Below are positions 34,832 to 45,349 of a stretch of 64,000 nucleotides of DNA, piece after piece; the first letter of the stretch is position 1; each line of letters opens with the position of its first letter. The notes under the pieces were generated by a model. That model worked only from the letters and a program-made list of their open reading frames with translations, made no database searches and was not told the DNA's origin. Made by a program: the position numbers and the translations under genes. Source of the DNA: Elsinoe ampelina (taxonomy: Eukaryota); assembly GCA_010093995.1 (NCBI GenBank), contig ML992501.1, positions 2,049,320 to 2,113,319 of the forward strand, written 5' to 3'.

Positions 34832-37411
34832 CTAAACCCCAGCTCCTCCCCTCTCCCCCTCCCACAATATCCCATTCCTCACCACCCCCCTCTTCGTCCA
34901 ATGCTCATCCCCCTGTATAAAATCCCCCCTGACCACCTTGCCCCTCCCCGTCGTCCTCCTCCCCTCCCCGTCCTCGAACCGGACATACACCCCCTCGACC
35001 CTCCCCTCCCCGAACCGACTGCGCCTCTGCACCAACCCCCTCAGCTCGCCCTCCCCCACCCCGCGCCCGACCTCCCTCTCCTCCAAAACCGGCACGGCGT
35101 ACACCCCCGTCCCCTCCAGCGCCCGAACCAGCAATCTCCGCGACACGAACACCCTCTCCACGCGATCGTACAGGTCGAACGCCAGGAACGGCGCGGGGAG
35201 CGAGGTGTACGCCACGCTGTGCCGCGCGACGAGCCACTCGCCGTACAGCGTCCAGCGGTCGGGCATGTGTCCGTCCCGGCCCAGCACCCGCTTCAGGGCG
35301 GCCGAGTGGGTCGCGACCCAGGCGTCGAGGGGCCGGAATTGTTCGTGGTAGGACGAGGTGACGTGGTGCGAGCGGTTTTGGGCGAGGATGCGGGTGCCGC
35401 ATGAGGTGAGGGAGAGGCCGAGGTTGGCGCCGTCGAGTTTCTCTTCGATTGTGAGGCGGGATTGTTGGGCGTGGGTCTGGGTGGGGAGGGGGGAGAGGAT
35501 GTCGTCGGGCGTTGTGGCGCCGAGGTCGAGGAGGTGTGGGGTGCGGGGGAATTTGGTTAGTGGGAGGGTTGGGGTGGTGAGGAGGTGGAGGGCGGAGATG
35601 GAGGCGGGGAAGGAGGGGAGGGTGAGGATGGCGGAGAAGGGTTCGGTGAGGGTTGGTGGGGTGAGGGCGCGGGACATGGAGGTAAGGGCGTGGTGACCTG
35701 AACCGATGGGGATGGTGGGGTGGGAGAGGCGGGTGGCGATGCGTTGGGTGCAGATGGGAGGGGGAGAGGAGAGGTGGATGGCGATGACGAGGGAGGGGGA
35801 GGGGAGGAGGGAGAGGAAAGCCTGACGGTCGGAGGTGGAGGGGTTGCAGCGGTCTAGGATGACTAGGGCTGGGGAGTGAGAGCGGCCGATGGCTTCTTCG
35901 CAGGCTGAGCGGGAGCGGGTGGTGTCCTGGTTGATGATGACGGTTTTGAGCCCAAGGGCTTTGCGTCGTTTGGCGATTGCGATGCTGAGCCATGACTTGC
36001 CGGAACCAGGAAGGCCGACAAGGAAGATGTGAGTGACATCTGTGTTGAAGGCAACGTTGGAGCCCGGTGGCGTCGCGATGGTCATTGGCTCGGATGATTC
36101 TTCTGGGGTTGCTTCGGATTGAGCTACAAGCCATCGGTTTTGGATCCATTGACCGACGAAGTGCTCCTGGTCCTGACTTTCGATGCTTCCAGGCCGTAGT
36201 GATCGGATGGTAGATATGGCTGCGGTGGTGTCAAACTGCGGAAATGGTGTCGGCTCTTCTCCTGCTTCAGCATGCATGGCAATAAGGCAAGCAAGGACAG
36301 TGCCAGCACGACCTTTTCCACCGCCACAGTGAACAAGCCATACTGAGTCGGGTGAGTCAATGAAGCGAGAGTAGATGTAATCCATCTCTCCTCGAGTAGG
36401 AGCTTTCCAGTTTTCGACAGGTACGTAAACATTGGATATTGTCCTGAACTCAAACCACTGAACCGGCAGAGGTTCTTCTTTGGTGAGGGTAAGGACCGTG
36501 GTAATACCCAATCGTTGCAGAGTTTCAATATCCTCTTCTGACCGAGGCGTGCTCATTCCCGCTAAGCGATTCGGCAGTATCCAAGAGAAAAAACGTGGTA
36601 ATTCTACTTGATCAAGCCATTGGGGTTCGCGCGAGTGCTGAGGTGTCGTCCATAGAGTATGATTGCACGTCTTTAAATCAAGTAAAGGTCTTGGATCGAG
36701 TAGAGAAGCTCTGAGGCTAGTAGGCACACCAAGGAGTTCTAATTCTGTCAACGTGGGACCCCATGAGACAGTCCCATTGAGCTTCAGTAATTGCTTCATA
36801 ACGTATGCTACCAGCGAAGGGTCCAGATGGTAAGCACGAGCGTATGCCAGCATGGAAAGCTTAGGTTGGTCGTTCCTATTCATATCGGCGAGGCGAATGA
36901 ATGCTCTATGTGATTCTGGAAATCGTGCCGCCATCCATTCAGCGATGGTTGGATGAAGCTTGGTGCAGCTTGACAGAAGTATATGATCAAAAACGTCCTC
37001 AGACCAAGTATGTGATAAGCTTTCCGTGTCAATGAGACTGTTTATGCTTTTATCCAAATTGTGATTGTTGTTAGGCGTAATGGATATATGCAGGTGTGAG
37101 GGTAATATTCCCAGAGACCGCCGCCACTTGTCGACATGGTACCATACCACGACTATCCATCTGACATCAGGTCTTTCAGATTGTTGGCCTAGACCAAGAG
37201 CATGTAGGTACCTGACGTCCAAGGAGTCTCGAGACAATCGCGGCAGTTGCGGCTTGCCACATGTGACGTACTCGTCCTTGGTCAATAGAGTGATGTGTAA
37301 AGGATATCCCCGCTGGTTTGTGTCCTGCTCGGGAGCAAAATTTGACACTATCGTTGTCAAAGCAGCGTCGCCAACGAGGGCTACACCGCCTCGGTATTTT
37401 ATTACCTCCAT
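34832..37411 (-). CDS. Multidomain RNA repair protein: 2H phosphoesterase + CX5R phosphatase + P-loop polynucleotide kinase + ATP-dependent RNA ligase
   Basis: HITL and HISI; LVHCGGGKGRAGT and RPGSIE; GLPGSGKS and ILDRCN; KFPRTPHL, EEKLDGAN, YGEW, FDLYD, EGVYVR, KVVR; 859 aa, no intron. Confidence 0.9.
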   Translation of the reverse strand: MEVIKYRGGVALVGDAALTTIVSNFAPEQDTNQRGYPLHITLLTKDEYVTCGKPQLPRLSRDSLDVRYLHALGLGQQSERPDVRWIVVVWYHVDKWRRSLGILPSHLHISITPNNNHNLDKSINSLIDTESLSHTWSEDVFDHILLSSCTKLHPTIAEWMAARFPESHRAFIRLADMNRNDQPKLSMLAYARAYHLDPSLVAYVMKQLLKLNGTVSWGPTLTELELLGVPTSLRASLLDPRPLLDLKTCNHTLWTTPQHSREPQWLDQVELPRFFSWILPNRLAGMSTPRSEEDIETLQRLGITTVLTLTKEEPLPVQWFEFRTISNVYVPVENWKAPTRGEMDYIYSRFIDSPDSVWLVHCGGGKGRAGTVLACLIAMHAEAGEEPTPFPQFDTTAAISTIRSLRPGSIESQDQEHFVGQWIQNRWLVAQSEATPEESSEPMTIATPPGSNVAFNTDVTHIFLVGLPGSGKSWLSIAIAKRRKALGLKTVIINQDTTRSRSACEEAIGRSHSPALVILDRCNPSTSDRQAFLSLLPSPSLVIAIHLSSPPPICTQRIATRLSHPTIPIGSGHHALTSMSRALTPPTLTEPFSAILTLPSFPASISALHLLTTPTLPLTKFPRTPHLLDLGATTPDDILSPLPTQTHAQQSRLTIEEKLDGANLGLSLTSCGTRILAQNRSHHVTSSYHEQFRPLDAWVATHSAALKRVLGRDGHMPDRWTLYGEWLVARHSVAYTSLPAPFLAFDLYDRVERVFVSRRLLVRALEGTGVYAVPVLEEREVGRGVGEGELRGLVQRRSRFGEGRVEGVYVRFEDGEGRRTTGRGKVVRGDFIQGDEHWTKRGVVRNGILWEGERGGAGV

Positions 37412-37693
37412 GTTGCGGTCTGCCTGTGGTATATTCTACTGTGTGATGATATATAGAGGAAAGGCGCGAAGTTGAATGACAATCGTGGAACAGAGGATTT
37501 GAACGGAGACCTGACTCACATGGCTGTCGGAAGTTCAGGATGAAGAAGCACAGGCACAGGTCCAAAGCTGAAGTCCGGGACGATGAGGCTGTGGAAGAAG
37601 AATGAGTCAACGAGCTGGCAATGCGGTGACCATTCTAGATCATGCATACTATCGTGCACAATTCTTAGATCCTGTAAAGCCAAACAGTGCAGA

Positions 37694-37720
37694 TGCTGCT
37701 GCTGCTGCTGCTGCTGCTGC
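37694..37720 (+). repeat. (TGC)9 microsatellite
   Basis: Read directly, in the intergenic region between the RNA repair gene and VTC4. Confidence 0.95.
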
Positions 37721-38206
37721 ATATCGTGTGCGATCATTGTTGAAACGCTGACCCGGATGACCAGGTATCGGCTGCTGCGTATGACGATCGACTCAAGCTG
37801 CCTACCTTGGGCTTATCATTGTCGAGATATTGCCAAACTCGCATTCAGGTACTTGAGCAAGCAATGATGCTGGAATCGTACTAGAATCTATGTCAATGTC
37901 GTCGCTACGGAAATCTGCGATGGCGGGGGTTTGTTGAAAAGAGCATGCCCACGTGCGTCTCTTGGGCCCGATTCTGCGTGTCTGGTTGGTCAAATCGTGC
38001 AGGGCGATCAACCAAAGTTTGGCCATGGTCTTTCAAAGACAGAAGCAGGGCCAACAAACCTTTTATTCGGTTCCTCCAAGTAATAATACCCTCGTCCTTG
38101 GCTGCGAGACGGGACTTTGCAATGTTTCGATAACAATGTCCTGTCCTTGGCCGACAAATAATTCATAATCTCCAGGGCTGCTGTCTCGCGCAGCATTCAG
38201 GCAAAC

Positions 38207-40785
38207 ATGAGGTACGACAGCCAATAGCACCATCCCACCCTCGCGGGACATGTGCCGTGTAGCGACTGACACAATCTCGGCAGGTTTGGAGCTCAGCTCA
38301 AGTCTTCTCTGATCCAGAACTGGCTGTACTACTACATCGATTATGACGAGCTTAAGAAGCGACTGAAGCCCAGCCCTGCACGCGCTCCGTCTGCTTCAGA
38401 ACCGAACCCGCCTCGCAGACAGTGGAACGATGAAGATGAAGCTCGCTTCTACGAGACTCTCGAGTCGGAGCTGGACAAGGTCTTTACCTTTCAAAAGGTC
38501 AAAAGCCAGGAGATTATTAGGCGTATAAGAGCGTCGGAGAAGGAGGTAGACGAGGTCATCAAGAGACACGAAGCTGCCAGAGAACAACCGAACAACGATC
38601 AAGCAGTTCTCAATGCGCCGACCGAGGAAGAATACGATGTACTCGAGGAGGACCTCAGCGACATTATTGCCGACGTGCATGACCTGGCAAAGTTCGTCCA
38701 GCTCAACTACACTGGCTTCCAGAAGATCATCAAGAAGCACGACAAGACCTACCCGGACAAACAGCTGAAGCCTCTGTTCGCAGCTCGACTCAATGCCAAA
38801 CCATTCTTCAAGGACAACTACGACGCATTCATTGTCAGGCTCTCAAAAGCCTACGACGACGTCAGGACTCGAGGTAACCCGACAAAGGGCGACAGCAGCG
38901 CAGGAGGTGGCCAGCAGAATTTTGTTCGCCAGACCACAAAGTATTGGGTCCACCCAGACAATATCACCGAGCTGAAATTGATCGTCCTCAAGCATCTTCC
39001 CGTGCTCGTCTTCAACCCCAGCAAGGAGTTTGATCAAAAGGACAGTGCCATCAGCAGTATTTACTATGACAACACCGACACTTGGGAGCTGTATGCTGGG
39101 CGTCTGAAGAAGACTGAGGGTGCTGAGGCTATACGATTACGGTGGTACGGAGGCATGGACACGGACACCATCTTCGTGGAGCGGAAGACCCATCGAGAGG
39201 ACTGGACGGGCGAAAAGAGTGTCAAGGCTCGATTCTCTCTCAAGGAGAAGAACGTGAACGCTTTTATGCGTGGCGACTACACCGTTGAGCAAGCCTTTGA
39301 GAAGATGCGCAGGGACGGCAAGAAGAGTGAGAAGGAGATCCAAGACCTCGAACAGCTGGCTCGTGAGATACAGTACAGGGTCATTGCTCGCAAGCTCGTG
39401 CCAGTCACACGCAGCTTCTATAACCGTACAGCGTTCCAACTTCCCGGCGATGCACGCGTGCGTATCTCTCTCGACACCGAGTTGACTATGACTCGTGAAG
39501 ACAATCTGGATGGCAAGTCGCGTAGCGGAAACAATTGGCGGCGAATGGATATCGGCATCGACTTTCCATTTCGGCAATTACCCCCAGAGGACGTCGAGCG
39601 CTTCCCTTACGCTGTGCTTGAGGTCAAGCTGCAGACTCAGGCCGGACAGCAGCCACCAGAATGGATTAGGGAACTATGTGCTTCACATCTGGTCGAAGCC
39701 GTCCCGAAATTCTCGAAGTTCATTCATGGAACAGCAGTCCTGAACCCCACTCGCATCAAGCTACTCCCCTTCTGGATGCCACAGATGGACGTTGATATTC
39801 GCAAACCTGTTAGTCACAAATTCGGCATCGAGCGGCCAGGTCAAAGCACGGATCTGTCTACTTCTGAAAATCTGGACGATGACTCGGATGACGAGGGCGC
39901 CGAGCTCTTGGACGGAGCCGACGAGCGTGATCCTAACGAGGCACAGTCAGTCGGTGACGACGACGAGAATCCGAATGTGCGACGACTCCGAGCGGCTAGA
40001 GATGCACTGGAACAGCACGAGCAGGATAGACTTCTGGACTATGCGAACGGCCACGATCCGAATGTCATGGATGAGGAAGAGCGGACGGCGGCTAAGATCT
40101 CCACTGTGGAAGACGACTATCCCATCTACGATAGCGATGACGAGAGTGACGACCTGGAAGAGGCGAAACGCGAAGGAGGCTGGCGGTATTACCAGCTCTT
40201 AGCCAAAAAGCACGTCATCCTGGTAGGGACCGCTGTTGGCAAAGGACTAAGCGCTATCGCGCCTGTGCCCCGAGCAACGCCTATACCCCCAAGAGAGGCT
40301 GGTATGGGCATTCCACGACCAGGTGCTGCCGGAAGACTTGGCCAGATCACCGAGAAGAGATACAAGGCGCCAAAGGGCAAGAAGATCCACGTCCCTGTGA
40401 GAGTAGAGCCAAAGGTCAACTTTGCCAATGAGAGGACCTTTCTCAGCTGGGTGAGTGCTCCGAGATGCGCAAGTATGGTCACACACTAACAAGCATGCAG
40501 CTCGAGTTCTCCATCATCCTCGGCTCCATTGCCGCCACCCTCCTCAACTTTGGCGACAACGTATCTCTTGCATCAGCGTGGGCCTTTACTATTGTGGCTC
40601 TCGTCTCACTCGTGTACAGCCTCTTCATTTATCTGTGGCGTGTGGACAAGATCAGGAAGCGGCGTGCAGTTTCGTATCATGACAAGATCGGTCCTACGGT
40701 GCTTTGTTTCGGGCTCCTAGCGGCCGTTGGAGTCAGCTTCGGCTTTAGGTTGGACAAGGGAAGTCATGGTGGATTGAAGGGGTAA
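38207..40785 (+). CDS. VTC4: Vacuolar polyphosphate polymerase (SPX-VTC-DUF202)
   Basis: Spliced [20 protein letters not shown] start; [42 protein letters not shown]; introns ~38212-38283 and 40451-40500. Confidence 0.95.
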
Positions 40786-41380
40786 TGTGTAGATAGTCAC
40801 TGTCAATAGTGTCCATAAATGACCAGAACTCAACGTTCGAGCATGACTCGATTTCGGCGGAAGATGTGCTGGAGCGGTGACCGGCATTGTGTGGTCTGGC
40901 CCGCTGCACGGCGGTGAGCGACATACTGAGGTGCACTTTGCCCGCTGCCTACGATTTAGGTTACCCCGCGATGCTTGATTACCGATTGGCGTTTACCTGT
41001 CACGTCACTCAAAGGTGCGACTCCCGTTCCCGCGATCAATCACGCGCCCCCTCCTCCAGCACTTCCATCGACTGATAGATTGGTTGCTCACCTAATGCCT
41101 GGCCCTTTGTGATACACCACCCTTTCTATTCCTTCCGCCGCCCTGCCTATCTCTTTTACTCCTCTGCTACGACGAGTGGGCCAGGACATCAATCGCTGTC
41201 ATGACTTGATCATTTGCTTACCCCGCCATATCCGCTTCCGCCCTATCCCTTGATACCGACATCTCCGCTTCTCTATCGTAGCGCGGATCAGACCGCCCGA
41301 CTCATACAGTGATCCGGCTATATATCGAGGCTTTTCAACTCCTACTGCGCCTTCTACATCCGCCTCTACCACCACCAACA

Positions 41381-42124
41381 ATGCCCTTTCCCACCCTACC
41401 CTCTCCACCGACTCTCTTCCCCACCTACCTCACTTCCCCACTCTCCTTCCGCCGCAAATCCAGCAGCGCCAGCACCAGCACCACCTCCAGCACCCTCTCC
41501 ACCTCACCGACTCTGTCCTCCTCACCGCCCGTCTCCCCCACCACACCAACTCCCACCTACCTCTCCGGCTCCACCTCCCGCCTCCGCTGCGCCCGCTGCC
41601 TCAGCGACCTCGCCCTCTCCTCCCAAATCATCAGCAAAGGCTTCACCGGCCGCCACGGGCGCGCATACCTAGTCGCACCCTCATCATCACTCACCTCCCC
41701 CCTCCCAATCCAGAACCCCTTCGCCTCCTCCCCGCCGAATCCTCGACACAAAAAGGGCGACCTCCCGAACACGTACACCCACCGCGCCGTGCCCCGCCAA
41801 CTCGTCACGGGCCAGCATACCGTGGGGGATATATCGTGCGCGCAATGCGGGAGCGTGCTGGGGTGGAAGTACGTGGCTGCCGAGGAGGAGGCGCAGAAGT
41901 ATAAGGTTGGGAAGTTTATCCTCGAGGGGAAGAGGGTGGTGAGTTGGGGGGGATGGGATGGGGAGGTGGAGGGGTTGGGAGGGGAGGGGGAGAGGGGGAA
42001 GGGGACGGAGGAGGAGGTGGAGTTTGATAGTCAGGATGAGGACGAGTGTGAGGATTTGTTTATGGGGGTTTGGACGCCTGAGACGGCGAGGAGGAGGAGG
42101 AAGGGGAGGTTTGGGAGGGTTTGA
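41381..42124 (+). CDS. Yippee/Mis18-family zinc-binding protein
   Basis: CARC..IISKGFTGRHGRAYL; QLVTGQHTVGDISCAQC..LGWKY..QKYKVGKFILE. Confidence 0.92.
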   Translation: MPFPTLPSPPTLFPTYLTSPLSFRRKSSSASTSTTSSTLSTSPTLSSSPPVSPTTPTPTYLSGSTSRLRCARCLSDLALSSQIISKGFTGRHGRAYLVAPSSSLTSPLPIQNPFASSPPNPRHKKGDLPNTYTHRAVPRQLVTGQHTVGDISCAQCGSVLGWKYVAAEEEAQKYKVGKFILEGKRVVSWGGWDGEVEGLGGEGERGKGTEEEVEFDSQDEDECEDLFMGVWTPETARRRRKGRFGRV

Positions 42125-42601
42125 CTGGGTGATTGGTGAAGGGATGGTGGGCATATTACATGACAGAGATACCCTACTTACGATTGGATGTTGTTTCTTT
42201 GGGTGTTTATGGTCGGGTATGGTGGGAGGCGTTGGAAAGGATACACTAATCAGATTGATGGCATCGATACCCCTGATGAATATACGAAACATTGCTTAAC
42301 GCCACTGTATTTGACTGCGAGCTCATAATGGTGTTCATAGGTCATCCGAAAATCTTGAATTGGTAGTCATGTTGTGTTTATGTGAAAGTAAGTCATCGAC
42401 TCTCTGCCAAAAATTCCCCCAGCACCTCACCGCCAAGACACCCCACTCACGACATCACTCATCCCACTTCTGCCTGAGGTCCATCTAGAAACAAGTCACA
42501 CAACCCTCTCTGATCAACATTACCTTTCGCACACTTGACCCAACATCTTCTTCAGCTCACAATCCGACACAACCTCTCATACGAAGTAACAGAACATCGA
42601 G

Positions 42602-43328
42602 ATGCAGATCAAGTATGTCCTCCCCTCCTCATGAGTCCTCATTCCCGCCTGCGCCTAATTAAGACCCCACCATACCTCTCATCATCCCTCCTCACCACCT
42701 TCTTCCTCTCTTCATGCCTTCGCCATACTTTCTCCCTGCCTCCCCCTACCTTCGCCTACCAAGCCTTCCCGATCCCATCCGCCACTGACATATCCCCCCC
42801 AGAGTCCGCACCCTCACGGGCAAAGAAATCGAGCTGGACATCGAGCCCGACTACAAAGTCAGCAGGATCAAGGAGCGCGTCGAGGAAAAGGAAGGCATCC
42901 CGCCTGTACAGCAGAGGTTGATCTACGGGGGGAAGCAGATGTAGGTTCCTCTTTTACTTGCACACACACTTGGGAAGGGGTGGAGTTGTCGGAGGGGGAG
43001 TGAGATGACTAGAGAAGGAGGGAGAGGGAGAGGGAGGAAGTGCATAGTTGGCCAAGAGGAGGAGGGAGATGTGCGTGAGGTGGAAGTCTATCGGGGCGTT
43101 CGGGAGGAGGGGGAGTGCCAGATGGGGACGAAGAGGGAGGCGAGACAGATCGGTCGACGAGGGAGGCTTTCAAACGCCCTTCTAATTCAATGGACAGGTG
43201 TAGACCGGGAGTCGTAGACTACGGGACTGACTTTGCATAACAGGAACGACGACAAGACGGCCGCAGAGTACCAGCTCGAAGGCGGCGCCACCCTGCATCT
43301 GGTCCTGGCGCTGAGAGGCGGACGATGA
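42602..43328 (+). CDS. NEDD8: NEDD8/Rub1 ubiquitin-like protein (3 exons, not in the ORF track)
   Basis: Exons 42602-42612, 42803-42940, 43244-43328 give [77 protein letters not shown]. Confidence 0.97.
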
Positions 43329-43768
43329 TCGAGCACGATGAGCACGATGGAAAGGCCTGAGGGACATTCGAGAGGCAGGGAAGGACGAAGCTACAGTGAT
43401 GGAGCTACAGTGATGGAGACGTCTACGCTTGGTCCTGCAGTCAAGATGGCTCAAACATGACGAGAGCACGGCAGTGACGGAGGCTAGCTAAGGAGGCATA
43501 CATGGCGTTCGGATATCTGAGCGAATCTATTCGACATTGACATTGACTATTCTTTCTCTAGTGAGATGTCTTGTTCTTGTCCAAATTGACAGGTGTGATT
43601 TCTACAAAAGACCGATACAAAACTCGCTACAAGACTCCGCCGATTTTCTGGCTAAGCATGCCCCAAAGCCTTACCGCAATGCATCCAATGCCCAGGCCCG
43701 AACCAAACACCGCCCATGCAGTCATCACTCATTTACACCCTCCCTCCTTCCCCCGCCCCGCCACACCC

Positions 43769-44932
43769 CTACCCAACCTTCCTCTTCTTCTGCGCCATGA
43801 AAATATTCGGCGCCTTCCTCTTCACCGCCTGCCCCGTCGCCACCACCGGCGGAGGCTGCGGCGACCTACTCTTCTCCCCGTCCTCCACTCCCTGCCTCTT
43901 CTCCGGCGAAGCAGACACTCCCGGCGATGGTCCGCTCGCCCCTTTCCCCATCCCTCCCGCCTTCGGCACCCCCAGCCTCCCCTTCCCCTCGGGAGACGAC
44001 GCCCTCTTCTCCGCCTTGGCAGCGATCAACCTCTCCGCCTCCTTTGTCTGCCTCGCTCGGTTCTCCTTCTCGATCTTGATGGCCAGGTTCAACGCCTCCT
44101 GCCCCGAGCGATTCGAGGACGCAGTGCCCCGGAAGGGGTTGCGCATCTGTGCCCGCGAAACAGGTTGCGGGCGAGAGGCGGCTTGGTATTTGGCCGTGAG
44201 ATGCGCGGCCGAGGGAATGTGCACGCTTGAGGCTGGCAGGCCGGCGCGTTTGGCGTAGTCTTGGACCATTTTGGCGGGAGCTTGGGAGACGGTGCCGCGG
44301 TTGGCGGCGAGGTCGAGGTGGGCGGGGCGGACGGGTTGGGCGTTGCGTGAGGCGGAGGGTTTGGTGAATTTTTTGGCGATGGAGCGGGTCATGGCTGTGA
44401 CGGCGGTTTGGCGGCGGAGGGTTTTGAGGGCGTCCATGCCGACGGTGCGCCGGGAGACGCCGTGGTCGAGCTTGGTAGTGGTGCGGGCTTCGGGGAGGAC
44501 GGAGTGGAGGATGGTGGACTTGTTGGATTCTTTCTTTGCTGCTTGGGCGCCGAGGGCGTTGCGGAGCTGGTCTTCGGCGTCTTTTTGGGCGGCTTCATCT
44601 TCGCGCTTGAGTTTGCGGTAGACTTTCCACCAGAGAGCGGCGTTCTTGGGTTCGACCTTCTTCTTCTCCCAGTCGGGAATGTCTCGGCGGATGAGAGCTT
44701 TCCAGGCCTCAGCCGTGGCGGGCAGGCCAACGATCTGAGGGGATTCGATTTCGAGGTTTCGGAGTTGTGTTGGCGAGGAGACTTTCTTGATGATTTGTGG
44801 TAGTAGATGGGGAGCCAGGTCGGCAAAGGTCATGATGTCGTCCACATGCTTGATTGCTACTCGTCGAGACATGGAGACTAGTGATGGCACCCCTTTGGTC
44901 GAGTTTTCTTGATAATGCATAGAGGAAGCCAT
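43769..44932 (-). CDS. ELA1: Elongin A (RNA polymerase II elongation factor SIII subunit A family)
   Basis: BC-box-like VPSLVSMSRR, QLRNLEIESPQI, WKALIRRD, WWKVYRKLKRE; basic C-terminus. Confidence 0.8.
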   Translation of the reverse strand: MASSMHYQENSTKGVPSLVSMSRRVAIKHVDDIMTFADLAPHLLPQIIKKVSSPTQLRNLEIESPQIVGLPATAEAWKALIRRDIPDWEKKKVEPKNAALWWKVYRKLKREDEAAQKDAEDQLRNALGAQAAKKESNKSTILHSVLPEARTTTKLDHGVSRRTVGMDALKTLRRQTAVTAMTRSIAKKFTKPSASRNAQPVRPAHLDLAANRGTVSQAPAKMVQDYAKRAGLPASSVHIPSAAHLTAKYQAASRPQPVSRAQMRNPFRGTASSNRSGQEALNLAIKIEKENRARQTKEAERLIAAKAEKRASSPEGKGRLGVPKAGGMGKGASGPSPGVSASPEKRQGVEDGEKSRSPQPPPVVATGQAVKRKAPNIFMAQKKRKVG

Positions 44933-45349
44933 CTTGGAAGAAGTCACTCTTCAGCTCTGATCTATGAGATTTCTAGGCGCCCTGGTCACAAGGATGCAGT
45001 CGTACAACTCCGTCGAGCTGAGTACAAAGAGATCCTACGACCGGTCGACGTGGCTGACTATGGCGGGAATGGAAAGGTGAGAACAAAGAAGTACTCGTAC
45101 AGATCATTGTTGATACATAATTATACCGGAAGAGTATATCACATGATGAGGAAATACAAATGTGGGTGATGCGAAAAGGAACGTAGCAAAAGAAGTGTGA
45201 TCTGAATTGATGAAGTTGAGTTGCTGTTGGACCTCGACATGTGCTCCCCGACCAGCTGGCGCCCAGTCGCTAGCGCAAAGCCAAATTGCAGAAGCTCACA
45301 TCTTCTCCAGTACTCGGCATACCACAACCTTCTACACAACCAGGAAATC

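Noticed and set aside
34905..36149. 414-aa His/Pro/Arg-rich ORF overlapping the RNA ligase region
   Set aside because: Alternative-frame artefact of extreme C/G skew, which removes stop codons
42941..43243. Intronic box C/D snoRNA in the long NEDD8 intron
   Set aside because: No proper RUGAUGA box; the CTGA near the 3' end is explained by the branch point
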